In this document: piece by piece, positions 1 to 10,859 of the stretch
How the letters are laid out: each line of letters begins with the position of its first letter
Numbering within the stretch: position 1 is the stretch's first letter
Made by a program: the position numbers and the translations under genes
Assembly (NCBI GenBank): GCA_050173015.1
Contig: JBFXLE010000001.1
Span: 192,001 to 256,000, forward strand
From: Calditrichaceae bacterium
Lineage (GTDB): Bacteria; Calditrichota; Calditrichia; Calditrichales; JBFXGD01
Length of the DNA: 64,000 bases
Direction: 5' to 3'
The notes under the pieces: model-generated
The model's input: only the letters and a program-made list of their open reading frames with translations
Told to the model about the DNA's origin: nothing
Database searches by the model: none

Positions 1-1
1 G

Positions 2-334
2 GTCCTGAAATTGCTGGAAGGCGTTGCCGATGTTGTAAAAGAAACCGGAAAGTACGCGTTCAAAAAGAAACTAACCTGGAAGCTTGGAATGGTCATGCTT
101 TCCGAAGGCGTAAAGAGGCTTAAAATTAAAACGGATTATTCTGAGTATGGCGGAGCGCCTGTTCTCGGATTCAAAAAACTCGTGATAAAATCACACGGAC
201 GGTCAAACGCAAAGGCTATTTCAAACGCTATGCAAGTGGCTGTGCGTTCTGTGAAAGAAGATGTCTGCTCGCATATTGGAGAATCGATAGCGGAATTTAA
301 TGCCCGTCATCGATTGGACTTTATTGAAATATAA
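2..334 (+). CDS. plsX: Phosphate acyltransferase PlsX, C-terminal part (5' truncated by window edge)
   Basis: DYSEYGGAPVLG...VIKSHGRSNAKAISNA is the typical PlsX C-terminal motif; frame is open from position 2. Confidence 0.85.
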   Translation, partial: VLKLLEGVADVVKETGKYAFKKKLTWKLGMVMLSEGVKRLKIKTDYSEYGGAPVLGFKKLVIKSHGRSNAKAISNAMQVAVRSVKEDVCSHIGESIAEFNARHRLDFIEI

Positions 335-345
335 TGAGATCGTGG

Positions 346-379
346 AACGGGTACATTTTGATAGTGTGCCCGTTTTTTT
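346..379 (+). terminator. Intrinsic terminator after plsX
   Basis: aacgggtaca / tgtgcccgtt stem (one G-U) followed by a T run, between convergent genes. Confidence 0.75.
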
Positions 380-1112
380 ATCTGATCTGACGCCCGCCGT
401 CCACGGGAATAACCGCTCCTGTAATATAATCAGATCCTTCCAGTAAAAACCGCACCGTTTTGGCGATATCCGAAGCAGAGCCCTCCTTTTTTAAAAGAGT
501 CTGATCAAGCGCTTTCTGCCGTTCCGCCTTAGGCATCTCTTTGGGAATCATCACCGGCCCGGGATTGACACAATTGACCTGAATATATGGAGCCAGAGCT
601 TTCGCGAGGCCGATCGTCATGGCGATAATTCCCGCCTTGCTTATGGAGTAAGGAAGATAGGAAGGCCAGGGAGACAGAGCGCCCGCGTCACCAATATTTA
701 TAATCTTGCCTGAATGCTGCTTAAGCATTTCGTTTCCTGCCGCCTGGGCCAGAAAGAAGGCGCTTTTTAGATTCAGGTTGTGGAAGGTATCCCAGTCTTT
801 TTCGGTAATCTTTCCAAACTGGGTTTTATAGAATACGGCGGAATTATTGATGAGAATATCAATGCGGCCGAATTTCCTGATGACTTCAGATATTAATTCT
901 TTATGTACTCCGGAAGCTGAAAGATCGCATTGATGGATATGAATTTCGCCGCCTGATGACTGAATCTCTTTTTGCAGGCTGACCGCGTCTTCGCGGCTTG
1001 AATGATAGTGGCAAAATATATTCGCGCCCGCCGATGAAAGTTCTTTTGAGATCGCGCGGCCGATACGGATTGCTCCGCCGGTAATGAGGACGGTTTTTTT
1101 TGATAAATCCAC
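378..1112 (-). CDS. SDR oxidoreductase, pteridine reductase/FolM-like
   Basis: TGGAIRIG nucleotide-binding motif, YSISK catalytic motif, VDGGR C-terminus. Confidence 0.8.
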   Translation of the reverse strand: MDLSKKTVLITGGAIRIGRAISKELSSAGANIFCHYHSSREDAVSLQKEIQSSGGEIHIHQCDLSASGVHKELISEVIRKFGRIDILINNSAVFYKTQFGKITEKDWDTFHNLNLKSAFFLAQAAGNEMLKQHSGKIINIGDAGALSPWPSYLPYSISKAGIIAMTIGLAKALAPYIQVNCVNPGPVMIPKEMPKAERQKALDQTLLKKEGSASDIAKTVRFLLEGSDYITGAVIPVDGGRQIR

Positions 1113-1170
1113 ATCGACTCCGGGATTTATTATGAAAATTATTGTTCTAAAGAATGGTCTGAAGTGATTT

Positions 1171-1803
1171 TCAGAGATAATCCTGATTCAGAAAAGGATT
1201 ATGCTCTTTTTCATAACCGATCGTTGTTGTCGGACCGTGACCCGGATATACAATCGTACTATCCGGCAGCGTGAACAGACGGTTTTTGATCGAATCAATG
1301 AGCTGATTGTAATTGCCGCCATAGAGATCCGTCCGGCCGATAGAGTCCTTGAACAAGACATCCCCCACAAAGACATGCCCGTTAAAGAGCAGACAAATAC
1401 TGCCGGGGCTGTGTCCGGGTGTTTGTAAAATTTTAAAGGTACCGTCACCGATGCTAAATTCATCGCCATCCTTGACAAAGCGGATATTTTCGGGGACCGC
1501 AGAGACATCGATGCCGAACATCATACTCTGTCTTGGAAGTGATTCCAGTAACGGAAGATCATCTTCACATAAATGTATCGGAATATCATATTTATTCTGG
1601 ACATCATTTACCCGGCGGACATGGTCTATATGAGAATGGGTGTTAAAAATATAGACAGGATTTAATTTGTTTTGATTGATATAATCAAAAATCTGATTTA
1701 TTTCATCGCCCGGATCGATGAGAATACAATCGCTGCCGTTATCGGCATGTACAACAAAACAATTCATCTCAAATGGTCCGACGGGAATTCTCTCAACTTT
1801 CAT
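1171..1803 (-). CDS. MBL-fold metallohydrolase (glyoxalase II/YcbL-like)
   Basis: THSHIDH, PGHSPG, GDVLF, GRTDL, PGHG motifs; start moved to MKVERIPVG (1803). Confidence 0.88.
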   Translation of the reverse strand: MKVERIPVGPFEMNCFVVHADNGSDCILIDPGDEINQIFDYINQNKLNPVYIFNTHSHIDHVRRVNDVQNKYDIPIHLCEDDLPLLESLPRQSMMFGIDVSAVPENIRFVKDGDEFSIGDGTFKILQTPGHSPGSICLLFNGHVFVGDVLFKDSIGRTDLYGGNYNQLIDSIKNRLFTLPDSTIVYPGHGPTTTIGYEKEHNPFLNQDYL

Positions 1804-1942
1804 TTTTGCCTCTGAAATTGGACAACCAATGAGAAATATATTAAACAGAAAACTAAAATAAAATATTTCATTCACTTATTGTTATGAGTTTAAGGAATTT
1901 TATGTAAAAAGTCATCATTTTTAGACGAGAAAGCCGGCCTTG

Positions 1943-2782
1943 TCAGAAGATTTTGTACCAGACATTCATACTTTCAATGCTTCCCGAGATATCCGTGTTG
2001 TTAATCAAGGTCCCCGCGAATTGATATCTCATTTTTGAAAAAGTAATATTCATGCCCGGAGAAACGGCTCTGGCTATGGTATAAAATGTCCTGATTTTTC
2101 TTTTTGTCATTTCCGCTTCCATTTCCTTCAAAAGCAGTAATGATAAACTTTTTCCCCTGTAATCGGGTAGCGTGGCGAAGTCAGTCATTTCAACATTCCC
2201 GGATATGACATCCATTTCAGCCGAAGACGCGGCAACCAATTTCCCTTCATCAAAAGCGCCGAAGTAAACAATGTTCTCATTCATGGTTTTAATGATATAC
2301 TCACTGTTATGAATCGGAAAAGGGTAAGATTCGAAAACGACATCGTATAGTTCTATTAACTGCCCGGCGTCATTTGCATCAAGTATCCTGAGTTTATATC
2401 CATGATCCGGCGAGATTGTGACCGGTTGGTTCTGTTTAGATTTCGCAAGATGTATGATGTTTTCGATTTGTTCTTTTTCGTTTTGCTCTAAATTGGCGCG
2501 ATCCGAATCAAGAAATTTTGAAACAAAATACACGTCTGCTTCTTCACTATAAAATTTCGGAATCGACGCGCGTTCCTGATAACCCTGGCTAACAAACGCT
2601 TCGCGCGCCCATTCGGGAATTTTGGCAAAAATTTTTGTGTATTTTTTCTCACGGGCTACATTGTCCAGCTTATTTATTATTTGAGGAAAATCTTCTTTAG
2701 AGAGTTTCATAAGATAAATGCGATTATTCTGATTTCCATGCTGGATCAATGATTGACCAAGAGTTTCGACTTTGTCAAACAT
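1943..2782 (-). CDS. ablB: Putative beta-lysine N-acetyltransferase (GNAT)
   Basis: [46 protein letters not shown] resemble the AblB family; clustered with lysine 2,3-aminomutase. Confidence 0.85.
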   Translation of the reverse strand: MFDKVETLGQSLIQHGNQNNRIYLMKLSKEDFPQIINKLDNVAREKKYTKIFAKIPEWAREAFVSQGYQERASIPKFYSEEADVYFVSKFLDSDRANLEQNEKEQIENIIHLAKSKQNQPVTISPDHGYKLRILDANDAGQLIELYDVVFESYPFPIHNSEYIIKTMNENIVYFGAFDEGKLVAASSAEMDVISGNVEMTDFATLPDYRGKSLSLLLLKEMEAEMTKRKIRTFYTIARAVSPGMNITFSKMRYQFAGTLINNTDISGSIESMNVWYKIF

Positions 2783-4205
2783 TTACTTTCCTTTCTGATA
2801 TATCTGTTTTTTTGAACACGGTTATGCCGGCAAATACTACAAATGCTATAAGAATTCCATAAATGCTGGCATCAAGTCCCAACGGCAGCTTTATTTTACT
2901 GAATATCAATATGAGCGTTGATCCACCGCCAAAGATCATCGATAACAGGGCCGCGTTGGAATCCCTTTTTTTAAGAAAATACGCGCCGAGCGTCGGTATG
3001 AACAATCCTGCTACCATAAAAGAGTATGCGTGCAATATAATTTCAAGTACCGTCTGAAAAGAGCTTGCGATGATCAGGGTCAGAGCGCCAATAATTAATG
3101 TTACAAATTGGGAGAGTCTCATAATGGTCTTATCAGAGGCGTCCGGAAAGAAGTATCTTTCGATGATATCATTTACAAAATTGCCGGAGGACGCGATAAG
3201 GCAGCTGTCCGCCGTTGACATGATTGCTGAAAAATAGGCGGCGATGACAATTCCGGTAACACCTATGGGAAGAACATCTCTAAGGAGTAATGGTAATCCC
3301 ATTTCCGCTTCCACATCCGGGAAAAATAACCGGGATATCATTCCCAAAAATACCCCGAGAAATGACATGACAGGATATTCAAGTAATCCGGCGATGTAAA
3401 AGGCCTTTTTTGCTTCCTTCTCGGTCCGCACCGCGTAGATTCTTTGATACAGAGTCATGGCGATGAACCAGATGGGGACAATTGTAAAAAACCAGTTGGT
3501 AAACTGAACAAAACTGATATTTCCTAACGAGAAAAATTCCGGCGGAAGATTCGCCTGTAGAGCGTTCCATCCACCGGCGGAGAAGTAGGCAAAAGGAACG
3601 CCAAAAAACATCAGACCGCATAAGAGGACAATCCATTGGATGGTGTCGGTATAAATGACAGCTTTTAAGCCTCCCAGTACGGTGTAAAACAGAACGATCC
3701 CCGCCATGATGTAGAGCGAAATATTCAACGGGTCCATCCAGGTGATTCCTGAAAAAACACTTCCCGCCGCCAGTTTAGCGCCGGCCAGAATTTGCGCTCC
3801 GGTGAAACCGAGATAACCGATCCCGGAAATGAGAGCGGCAACCAGCGCCACACGGTCGTTGTATTTATATCTCAAAAAATCAGGGAAGGTAAACATCCCC
3901 ATTTTCGAATCAACCCTTTTGATCCGGGGGATAATTAGTATGGCGGCAAGCCACGCCCCTACTAACCCGGTGAATAAGAGCCAGCTTCCCGAAAGCCCCA
4001 TGGCAAATCCGAGACCGCCGAGTCCGATAGAAAAACCTCCGCCGACATCGGTGGCCACAATTGATAACCCCACGTGTCCGGCTGAAAGCGAACGGCCGCC
4101 GACATAATAGTCTTCTTTACTTTCATTTTTTCTGTAGAAATAGAAGCCGACATACAGAATTAACGCGAAATAGATTACAAAAATGATATAATCAATGAGA
4201 TGCAT
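2775..4205 (-). CDS. Sodium:solute symporter (SSS family)
   Basis: [27 protein letters not shown]; many hydrophobic helices; overlaps both neighbours. Confidence 0.9.
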   Translation of the reverse strand: MHLIDYIIFVIYFALILYVGFYFYRKNESKEDYYVGGRSLSAGHVGLSIVATDVGGGFSIGLGGLGFAMGLSGSWLLFTGLVGAWLAAILIIPRIKRVDSKMGMFTFPDFLRYKYNDRVALVAALISGIGYLGFTGAQILAGAKLAAGSVFSGITWMDPLNISLYIMAGIVLFYTVLGGLKAVIYTDTIQWIVLLCGLMFFGVPFAYFSAGGWNALQANLPPEFFSLGNISFVQFTNWFFTIVPIWFIAMTLYQRIYAVRTEKEAKKAFYIAGLLEYPVMSFLGVFLGMISRLFFPDVEAEMGLPLLLRDVLPIGVTGIVIAAYFSAIMSTADSCLIASSGNFVNDIIERYFFPDASDKTIMRLSQFVTLIIGALTLIIASSFQTVLEIILHAYSFMVAGLFIPTLGAYFLKKRDSNAALLSMIFGGGSTLILIFSKIKLPLGLDASIYGILIAFVVFAGITVFKKTDISERKVNV

Positions 4206-5524
4206 TATTCTTCGCCACCGTTTCTGCGGTTAATCCGATCAGTGTTATCAGGAATCAAAGAAATCGTGTCACCGTAATCAGATAGTAATTCAGCGATACC
4301 GGTTGCTTTGTATTCATCGGCATCTTCCAGATTCAACTGAAGAGAACAGTTGTCGCAATTCCTGTCACAAAATACCTGCTCGTAAGAATCAGGTTCCTTA
4401 TATGTGGAAATCACACCTTCATAGTTCCGAAGAACAACCTTATTGGTTGACCAGGAGATCAGATAATTCGGCATGACAGGTATTTTTCCACCGCCGCCCG
4501 GCGCGTCAATCACATAGGTTGGAACCGCGAAACCGCTGGTATGACCGATTAAACTTTCAATAATTTCGATTCCTTTGCCGACCGGTGTTCTGAAATGGGA
4601 TAAGCCCTCGGAAAGATCACACTGGTAAAGATAGTAAGGACGAACACGATTTTGAACCAGCTTATGGACCAGAGACTTCATAATTCGGGGGCAGTCATTG
4701 ACTCCGGCAAGAAGAACCGATTGATTTCCCAGGGGAATTCCGGCGTCAGCCAGTTTTCTAAGCGCTTCCTTTGATGAAGTTGTAATTTCCCTTGGATGGT
4801 TGAAGTGGGTGTTGATCCACAGAGGATGGTGCTTTTTGAGCATATTAACAAGATCGTCCGTGATACGGTAAGGAAGAACCACCGGCATTCGTGTTCCGAT
4901 CCGGATCACTTCCACATGCGGGATGGCCCGCAATTCCGTCAGCACCCAGTCGAGATAAGAATCCGATAACATCAGGGGATCACCGCCGGAGAGCAGTACA
5001 TCACGAACCTGAGGGGTTTCTTTGATGTAATCGATTCCCATTTGAACGATCCGTTTGTTCGGGATAGAATCCACATCGCCGACTTTTCGTTTTCTGGTGC
5101 AGTGTCTGCAGTACATGGAACAGATATTACTGATATGAAACAGAACCCGGTCCGGGTAACGATGTGTAAGGTTCGGCACCGGACTGTCTTTATCTTCAGC
5201 CAGGGGATCCTTCATGTCATGTTCATTGATGATCAGTTCGGAAGAATGAGGAAACGCCTGTTTGTAAACCGGATCGTTGGCGTAATCGTTTTCGTCAATC
5301 AGAGAAACATAGTATGGAGGAACGGAAAGAGGAAATTTTTGCATCGTTTTTTCAAGAACGGCTCTGTCTTCTCCCTTAAATTTTATTCCCAGCGCTTGTT
5401 CAAATGTGTCGATGTCTTTAATAGCATGCTTAAGCTGCCATTTCCAATCCTTCCAATTGGATAGCGCTACATGATTATCAATTCTGTGAGCGAGATCCTG
5501 TTGTCTTTCGTTATATATGGACAT
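4205..5524 (-). CDS. ablA: Lysine 2,3-aminomutase (radical SAM, PLP)
   Basis: CSMYCRHC radical SAM motif, [23 protein letters not shown] (PLP lysine); start at MSIYN (5524) after an AAGGA RBS. Confidence 0.93.
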   Translation of the reverse strand: MSIYNERQQDLAHRIDNHVALSNWKDWKWQLKHAIKDIDTFEQALGIKFKGEDRAVLEKTMQKFPLSVPPYYVSLIDENDYANDPVYKQAFPHSSELIINEHDMKDPLAEDKDSPVPNLTHRYPDRVLFHISNICSMYCRHCTRKRKVGDVDSIPNKRIVQMGIDYIKETPQVRDVLLSGGDPLMLSDSYLDWVLTELRAIPHVEVIRIGTRMPVVLPYRITDDLVNMLKKHHPLWINTHFNHPREITTSSKEALRKLADAGIPLGNQSVLLAGVNDCPRIMKSLVHKLVQNRVRPYYLYQCDLSEGLSHFRTPVGKGIEIIESLIGHTSGFAVPTYVIDAPGGGGKIPVMPNYLISWSTNKVVLRNYEGVISTYKEPDSYEQVFCDRNCDNCSLQLNLEDADEYKATGIAELLSDYGDTISLIPDNTDRINRRNGGEE

Positions 5525-5922
5525 ATAGATTCCTTGTGATTTATAAATAAAAAATTCCAAATGTTGTCGGAAGAATCATTGACATTAACTTATTGGACAA
5601 GGTCAGATGATTTGCCGATAACAAAAGGAAAATGTTTTGAAATTAGAGTATTCTCATAATAGAATATGATGAATTGGGGAAATATCAGTAAAAATAAAAG
5701 GTGTAGATTTTTTTGAATAAATGCAGATGATTTTTTAGATCAAATAATGTAATCATGATATTATCTGGTTTTGTTTGACATAAATGGTGTCTAAGTTAAG
5801 ACATTAACCAGGGTAATGAAAATTTTTTTATTAATTATGAAACCGGAATCGGTTATTATCTTATTTATAGTAGAATAAAGGGAGATAAGATATTATTTTT
5901 CCGTATAAACAGATGGACAAGT

Positions 5923-6900
5923 ATGCAAAGTTATAAATTTATGAAAAAAAAAATAATGTTTTATTTACTGATTTTCCTTGTCGCGGTTTTTGCCATAATT
6001 GTTGTTTTTACGGCATGGCTGATTTTCGATGAAAATTTAAGGAATCCGGTAAAGGTACTTCAGCGTGAATATGAGGTCAAGGAAGTTGCCGCGGCTGATG
6101 AATATATCATCCGGATCGGAAATATTGAACGACTTTATAAAGATATGATGATGACGGCCGGTGATGAGGATAGCATCCGGTTTACGATCAGCATGCCAAA
6201 AGTAATGACTGAAGAATCCATTCCGCTTGTTTTTATCATGGGCGGACTGGAAATCGGCAGAAACAGCCTTAAATACATTCCTGAGCACGGGAATAACATA
6301 TTAATCGCCTATGAATATCCGTATAGCCCGAAATATTGGTATGACGGCATGGCAATAGAACAAATCCCGCTGATCAGGAACGCGGTTCTTAGCGCGCCCG
6401 CGCAGATGGCCGCGGTGATTACCTGGGCCGCAAAACAGAAGTGGGCCGATCCTGACAGAATTAATCTTTTGGGATATAGTTTTGGCGCCCTGTTTGTCCC
6501 TTCGGTTCATCATTTGACTCAGGAAAAAGGACTCAAGATCCATTCAACCATTCTTGCCTACGGAGGGACGAATATTAATCAATTATTAAACAATAATTTA
6601 AAAATGAAACCGGAATGGGTAAAATCAATAACGGCATATTTCGCGTCAAAAGCGATCTGGCCCGTTGACCCGGCGTGGCATCTGCCGAAACTACAGGGAC
6701 AGTTTTTAGTTATTAACGGCGACCACGATCATCAAATTCCGAAATTATCTTCCGAAAATATGCGGAAATTGACACCAGAGCCCAAGACGATCATCACGCT
6801 AAACGAAGGGCATATGCATCCAGATAAGCCCGAATTGACCGCCAAAATTATTGATATCAGCCGTAAATGGCTGTCGGAAATGAAAACGGTAAATCCCTGA
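5923..6900 (+). CDS. Membrane-anchored alpha/beta hydrolase
   Basis: N-terminal TM helix, GYSFG nucleophile elbow, NGDHD acid, GH near C-terminus. Confidence 0.75.
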   Translation: MQSYKFMKKKIMFYLLIFLVAVFAIIVVFTAWLIFDENLRNPVKVLQREYEVKEVAAADEYIIRIGNIERLYKDMMMTAGDEDSIRFTISMPKVMTEESIPLVFIMGGLEIGRNSLKYIPEHGNNILIAYEYPYSPKYWYDGMAIEQIPLIRNAVLSAPAQMAAVITWAAKQKWADPDRINLLGYSFGALFVPSVHHLTQEKGLKIHSTILAYGGTNINQLLNNNLKMKPEWVKSITAYFASKAIWPVDPAWHLPKLQGQFLVINGDHDHQIPKLSSENMRKLTPEPKTIITLNEGHMHPDKPELTAKIIDISRKWLSEMKTVNP

Positions 6901-6926
6901 GAAATAAGACGACTCCAATCTCACGT

Positions 6927-7964
6927 TCACAGAAGATTCCATTCCGCCGCGATCAGAGTTAATCCGAATGACAGGCCCAGAGAAATCAGCGGCGCGATGA
7001 TCCAAATGGTAACAAGTTTTTTTACCGATGTCTGAACAATGACTTTTTTCCACCCGAATTTGGAGATTCCCAGACCGATAATGGCGGCAATGTTCATCTG
7101 AACCAGTGATGTCGGTATGCCCTTTGTGACGGAAGCCAGAAGAAGCAACGTGGCCGTTATGAAGGAAATCAATGAGGCGCCAAGCGGACCGAATTCAACG
7201 ATCTGTTTTCCGGTGGTTTCAAGTACGCGGTGTCCGAAAAGCGAACTGCCTATGCCAAAGCAGGGGGCAATTACCAGCGTCGCCGCGATCATAATCAGAT
7301 TAAAGTTTCCGCTTTCAACCGGTATTCCGAGATCGTTTGACATCATGGACGCAAGCGGCCCCGCGGCATTGGCAACATTATTTGATCCAATGGAGAAGGC
7401 CACATATAGAGCGGTCATAATGACCACATATTTTAAGCCCTTATGAGAAGAAATTTGATCAAAATTGATCAATCCCCGGCTTTTTACAGGGTTGTAGATA
7501 TATTTACCAATCATATAAGTGATGATAAACGCGATGACCGGAAGAATAAACCAGGTGGGGATGATTTCAAAAAAAAGTTTTTCTGTTTGAAGGATATCGA
7601 GATAAACAGCCGGGCCGATCAGCGCGGCGATTGTTGACTGACTGGTGGATTGAGGGATTTTTAGTAAATTGGCCAGGAGCAATGACAGAGAGACAGACAG
7701 AAGAATAATGGTGGTCAGAACCAAAGTCATGTTATCGGCAGGCAGAATCCCTTTCCCAATGGTCAGAACTACTTTCTTGCCGGCGATCAGCGCTCCGATG
7801 AAAACAAATATACCGAAGAGCCCCGGTATCATGTCCTTACGAATAATATTGGCTCCATAGGCTGCCGAAAACGCTGGCGCTGTTCCGCTTCCGCCCATAT
7901 TTATGGCCAGAAACATGGAAATAATGAATGGAATCAGGAGGATAGATAGCATAGGAGAAAACAT
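6927..7964 (-). CDS. Inorganic phosphate transporter (PiT family)
   Basis: PQSTSQ, GSNNVANA, GIPTSLVQ, WIIAP motifs; start at MFSPML with RBS. Confidence 0.82.
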   Translation of the reverse strand: MFSPMLSILLIPFIISMFLAINMGGSGTAPAFSAAYGANIIRKDMIPGLFGIFVFIGALIAGKKVVLTIGKGILPADNMTLVLTTIILLSVSLSLLLANLLKIPQSTSQSTIAALIGPAVYLDILQTEKLFFEIIPTWFILPVIAFIITYMIGKYIYNPVKSRGLINFDQISSHKGLKYVVIMTALYVAFSIGSNNVANAAGPLASMMSNDLGIPVESGNFNLIMIAATLVIAPCFGIGSSLFGHRVLETTGKQIVEFGPLGASLISFITATLLLLASVTKGIPTSLVQMNIAAIIGLGISKFGWKKVIVQTSVKKLVTIWIIAPLISLGLSFGLTLIAAEWNLL

Positions 7965-8075
7965 TTCAGAATTCCTTTTTGCGATGTGTAATTCGAACAG
8001 TAATGTGAAAAGATCCAATCAAAATAATCACAAAAAAAAAGAATCAATCAATATAAAATTCCAGATAAAGTATTA

Positions 8076-9041
8076 TTACCAAACCGGATTAAGCGCGGCT
8101 TTGTTTTCCAGCACGGCAATAACATTGTTGGCGGCCATACGCGCCATTTCTGTTCGTGTTTCCGGTGTGGCGCTTCCCACATGAGGCAGCAGTATCACAT
8201 TATTCAGTTTTAAGAGACTTGTGGTGATCTCAGGTTCAAATTCATACACATCCAGACCGGCGCCTCCGATTTGGCTGTTTTCAAGAGCTTCGGCGAGCGC
8301 GGATTCATCCACGACAGGTCCCCTGGAAGTATTGATGAATATGACGGTTTTTTTCATGAGACTAAAGGCGTGTTTATCTATCAGGTGCCGGGTTTCATCG
8401 GTCAGGGGGCAATGAAGAGAAATGATATCCGAGCGGCTTAACAGCATCTCAAGATCAACCCTCATCGCCCCGGTGGCTTGTTCAAATTCCTGTTTTTTCT
8501 GATTGCTCGTATAGAGAACGGACATTTCAAATCCCGCGGCTCTTCTACCGACCGCCTGTCCGATTCGACCGGCGCCGATAATTCCGATCACTTTCCCAGT
8601 AATCTCGGCTCCAAGCATCAGAAGCGGTCCCCAGCCGCTGAATTTGCCATCGCGAACAAACCGGTCACCTTCAGTTACGCGTTTTGCAACCGAAAGAATC
8701 AAAGCCCAGGTCAGGTCTGCGGTGGCATTGGTAAGGACATCGGGGGTATTGGTGACGACAATGCCTTTTGAGCGCGCGTAGTCAATATCAATATTATTAT
8801 AGCCCGCCGCGTAATTGGCAATTATCCTGAGATTGGGCGCCTGATCGATGACTTCCTTGCCTATCGGGTCTGAAAGAAGGGGAATCAACGCATCTGAGCT
8901 ATTTAGATTACTTTTCAGAAATTCTTCCAGAGTTTCCCTTTCTTCATCCCGGATGAGGACATCGTACCCTTTACCCGTCAGAATTTCACGCGCGGCTTCG
9001 GGGAGTTTACGTGTGATAAGAACCTTAGACTTTTTCATCAT
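8076..9041 (-). CDS. D-isomer-specific 2-hydroxyacid dehydrogenase (glyoxylate reductase/D-glycerate dehydrogenase)
   Basis: VTNTPDVLT, GAGRIG, NTSRGPVVDE, LDVYEFEP, PHVGSAT. Confidence 0.92.
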   Translation of the reverse strand: MMKKSKVLITRKLPEAAREILTGKGYDVLIRDEERETLEEFLKSNLNSSDALIPLLSDPIGKEVIDQAPNLRIIANYAAGYNNIDIDYARSKGIVVTNTPDVLTNATADLTWALILSVAKRVTEGDRFVRDGKFSGWGPLLMLGAEITGKVIGIIGAGRIGQAVGRRAAGFEMSVLYTSNQKKQEFEQATGAMRVDLEMLLSRSDIISLHCPLTDETRHLIDKHAFSLMKKTVIFINTSRGPVVDESALAEALENSQIGGAGLDVYEFEPEITTSLLKLNNVILLPHVGSATPETRTEMARMAANNVIAVLENKAALNPVW

Positions 9042-9494
9042 GATTTCTCATTTTTAATTTAAACCAAAAATGCTTTGTGGGGTGATCACCCAAACTTAAC
9101 AAATTCAAATTAAATAAAAAACAGTAAAGGAATCTTTTTGATGATGGTCTGCTTTTTATGCCCGGGTCAAATAAGTAAATATCCTTCAAGCCATGCCCGG
9201 CTCCTGCATGCGGGATGACTGGTATGGGTGCGATATCAGGTATCTCTAATATTCATCTTGTTAGTTTGAATGTGCTTTCCAGGTGAACATAGATTCATCC
9301 TATTTTTTTTCAAAATAATCAAGACAGCATCTTTTCTCATATGATCAGGTTCAAAAAATTCCTATTCTTATTAGTTGAAATAGTTCTCTGTGTTTCATAA
9401 TATCTTTGTAGTTGTGAATAAGTTTAGCATTCATTTGAGACTGTTTTAAAGGCTGAAAATATCCTATGTATATATAATAAATGAGTTAATATAT

Positions 9495-10361
9495 ATGAAA
9501 TGTTTGCAAAGCATGAGCTCTCCTATTATCGTAATTGGCGCACATCGATCGGGTACAAGTTTGATTAGCAGGGTACTTGAATCGGCAGGAGTATTTATGG
9601 GAAGAAAAAAAGATATCAATAACGAATCTTTATTCTTTCAGAATCTAAATCAGTGGCTTCTGGCACAGAGCAGCGCAACGTGGGATAATCCGGATTACAT
9701 AGAGTACTTAATTCAAAATGAAGAGATTTTAAGTTTAAATGTTGAATATTTGGAAAGTCTTCTTCATTCACCTCACATGATAAATTATTTAGGATTAATG
9801 AAATATTTAAGAAGTTTTAATGGCAAAAATTTGAAATTTACCTGGGGGTGGAAAGATCCTAGAAATACATTCACATTACCTGTATGGCTAAATATTTTCC
9901 CAGACGCAAAAATAATTCACGTATATCGGCATGGGGTGGATGTGGCGAACAGTCTGACCATCAGGGAAGCGAAGATTTTTTCGGAATCGAAAAGACTGCA
10001 TTATAACAGACACTCACTTTATAAAATACAAAAGAAAAAAGGCTATTTTACATATAGTATCTATTTAAGCAGATTAAATAACGCCTTCGATTTATGGCTA
10101 AAGTACATGAAAGCTGCAAAAAGATACCAAGGATCTTTGGGTGAAAATTATTTTGAATTAAGCTATGAAAACTTTTTACTCGAACCAGAAAGACATCTGC
10201 CGCGACTACTTAATTTTATCGATCAGGAATATCAGGTTAATCATTTAGAAAATATCAAGGGGATGTTAAGAAAAGACAGAGTTTATGCGTATAAAAATGA
10301 TGAAAAATTACTAGCTTTTTCAAAAACCGTTGAAGATAAAATTAGGTCTTATTATGAATAG
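9495..10361 (+). CDS. Sulfotransferase family protein
   Basis: GAHRSGTS PAPS-binding loop, WGWKDPRN, YENFL. Confidence 0.85.
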   Translation: MKCLQSMSSPIIVIGAHRSGTSLISRVLESAGVFMGRKKDINNESLFFQNLNQWLLAQSSATWDNPDYIEYLIQNEEILSLNVEYLESLLHSPHMINYLGLMKYLRSFNGKNLKFTWGWKDPRNTFTLPVWLNIFPDAKIIHVYRHGVDVANSLTIREAKIFSESKRLHYNRHSLYKIQKKKGYFTYSIYLSRLNNAFDLWLKYMKAAKRYQGSLGENYFELSYENFLLEPERHLPRLLNFIDQEYQVNHLENIKGMLRKDRVYAYKNDEKLLAFSKTVEDKIRSYYE

Positions 10362-10380
10362 TGATTGCTTTTTTCTTCTC

Positions 10381-10716
10381 CTTCTTACTTCCTGCTTCCT
10401 ACTTCTAACTTAGGGCACGAGCCTCGTGCCCCTACTCATAACTCATAACTCTTTTCACTTAACGCTCTTTAATTCTTACTTCCTACTTCTTACTTCCAAC
10501 TTTTCTTCCTCCCTACTTTTTGAATGGCCAAAAAGTAGCAAAAAGCCCTGGCGAATTTTAACTCGTGATCATTATTTCTATTTTTCTCATTCATCTACTC
10601 GAACAGAAAATTCGCCCCAAAGAATCCGGCACCACAATAGTTGAATCTGAAACTCTTTTCTCTTTTCTCTTTTTTCTTTTATCTTTTTTCTTACTTCCTA
10701 CTTCCTACTTCTTTTG
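10381..10716. repeat. Mosaic of heptamer tandem repeats and REP-like palindromes
   Basis: cttccta/cttctta heptamers (10381-10410, 10473-10502, ~10690-10712), tcataac x2, cttttct tracts, plus three inverted repeats. Confidence 0.75.
10411..10435 (-). repeat. GTAG-type REP-like palindrome
   Basis: Minus strand reads GTAG-GGGCACGAG-G-CTCGTGCCC-TA. Confidence 0.7.
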
Positions 10717-10859
10717 CTTCTCCGTTCATCTTCCAGCCAATGAATCACGAAAGAGTTTCGTAAAAAGCCTAAATTTAGTACATTTAACGAATTATATGTT
10801 AAACTTCGGTAGTTAAAAGGTAGTAAGTGTGTCGAAATATCAAACAGGAGTCAGATACA

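Noticed and set aside
5525-5922. Lysine or c-di-AMP riboswitch upstream of ablA
   Set aside because: No recognisable consensus elements; only an unclassified inverted repeat, reported separately
9042-9494. GC-richer patch (~9150-9245) in the intergenic gap as ncRNA or pseudogene
   Set aside because: Apart from a short repeated atgcccgg, no convincing structure or protein similarity could be established by eye
10426-10816. ORFs 10426-10644 and 10565-10816
   Set aside because: Low-complexity F/L/S-rich translations of pyrimidine heptamer repeats
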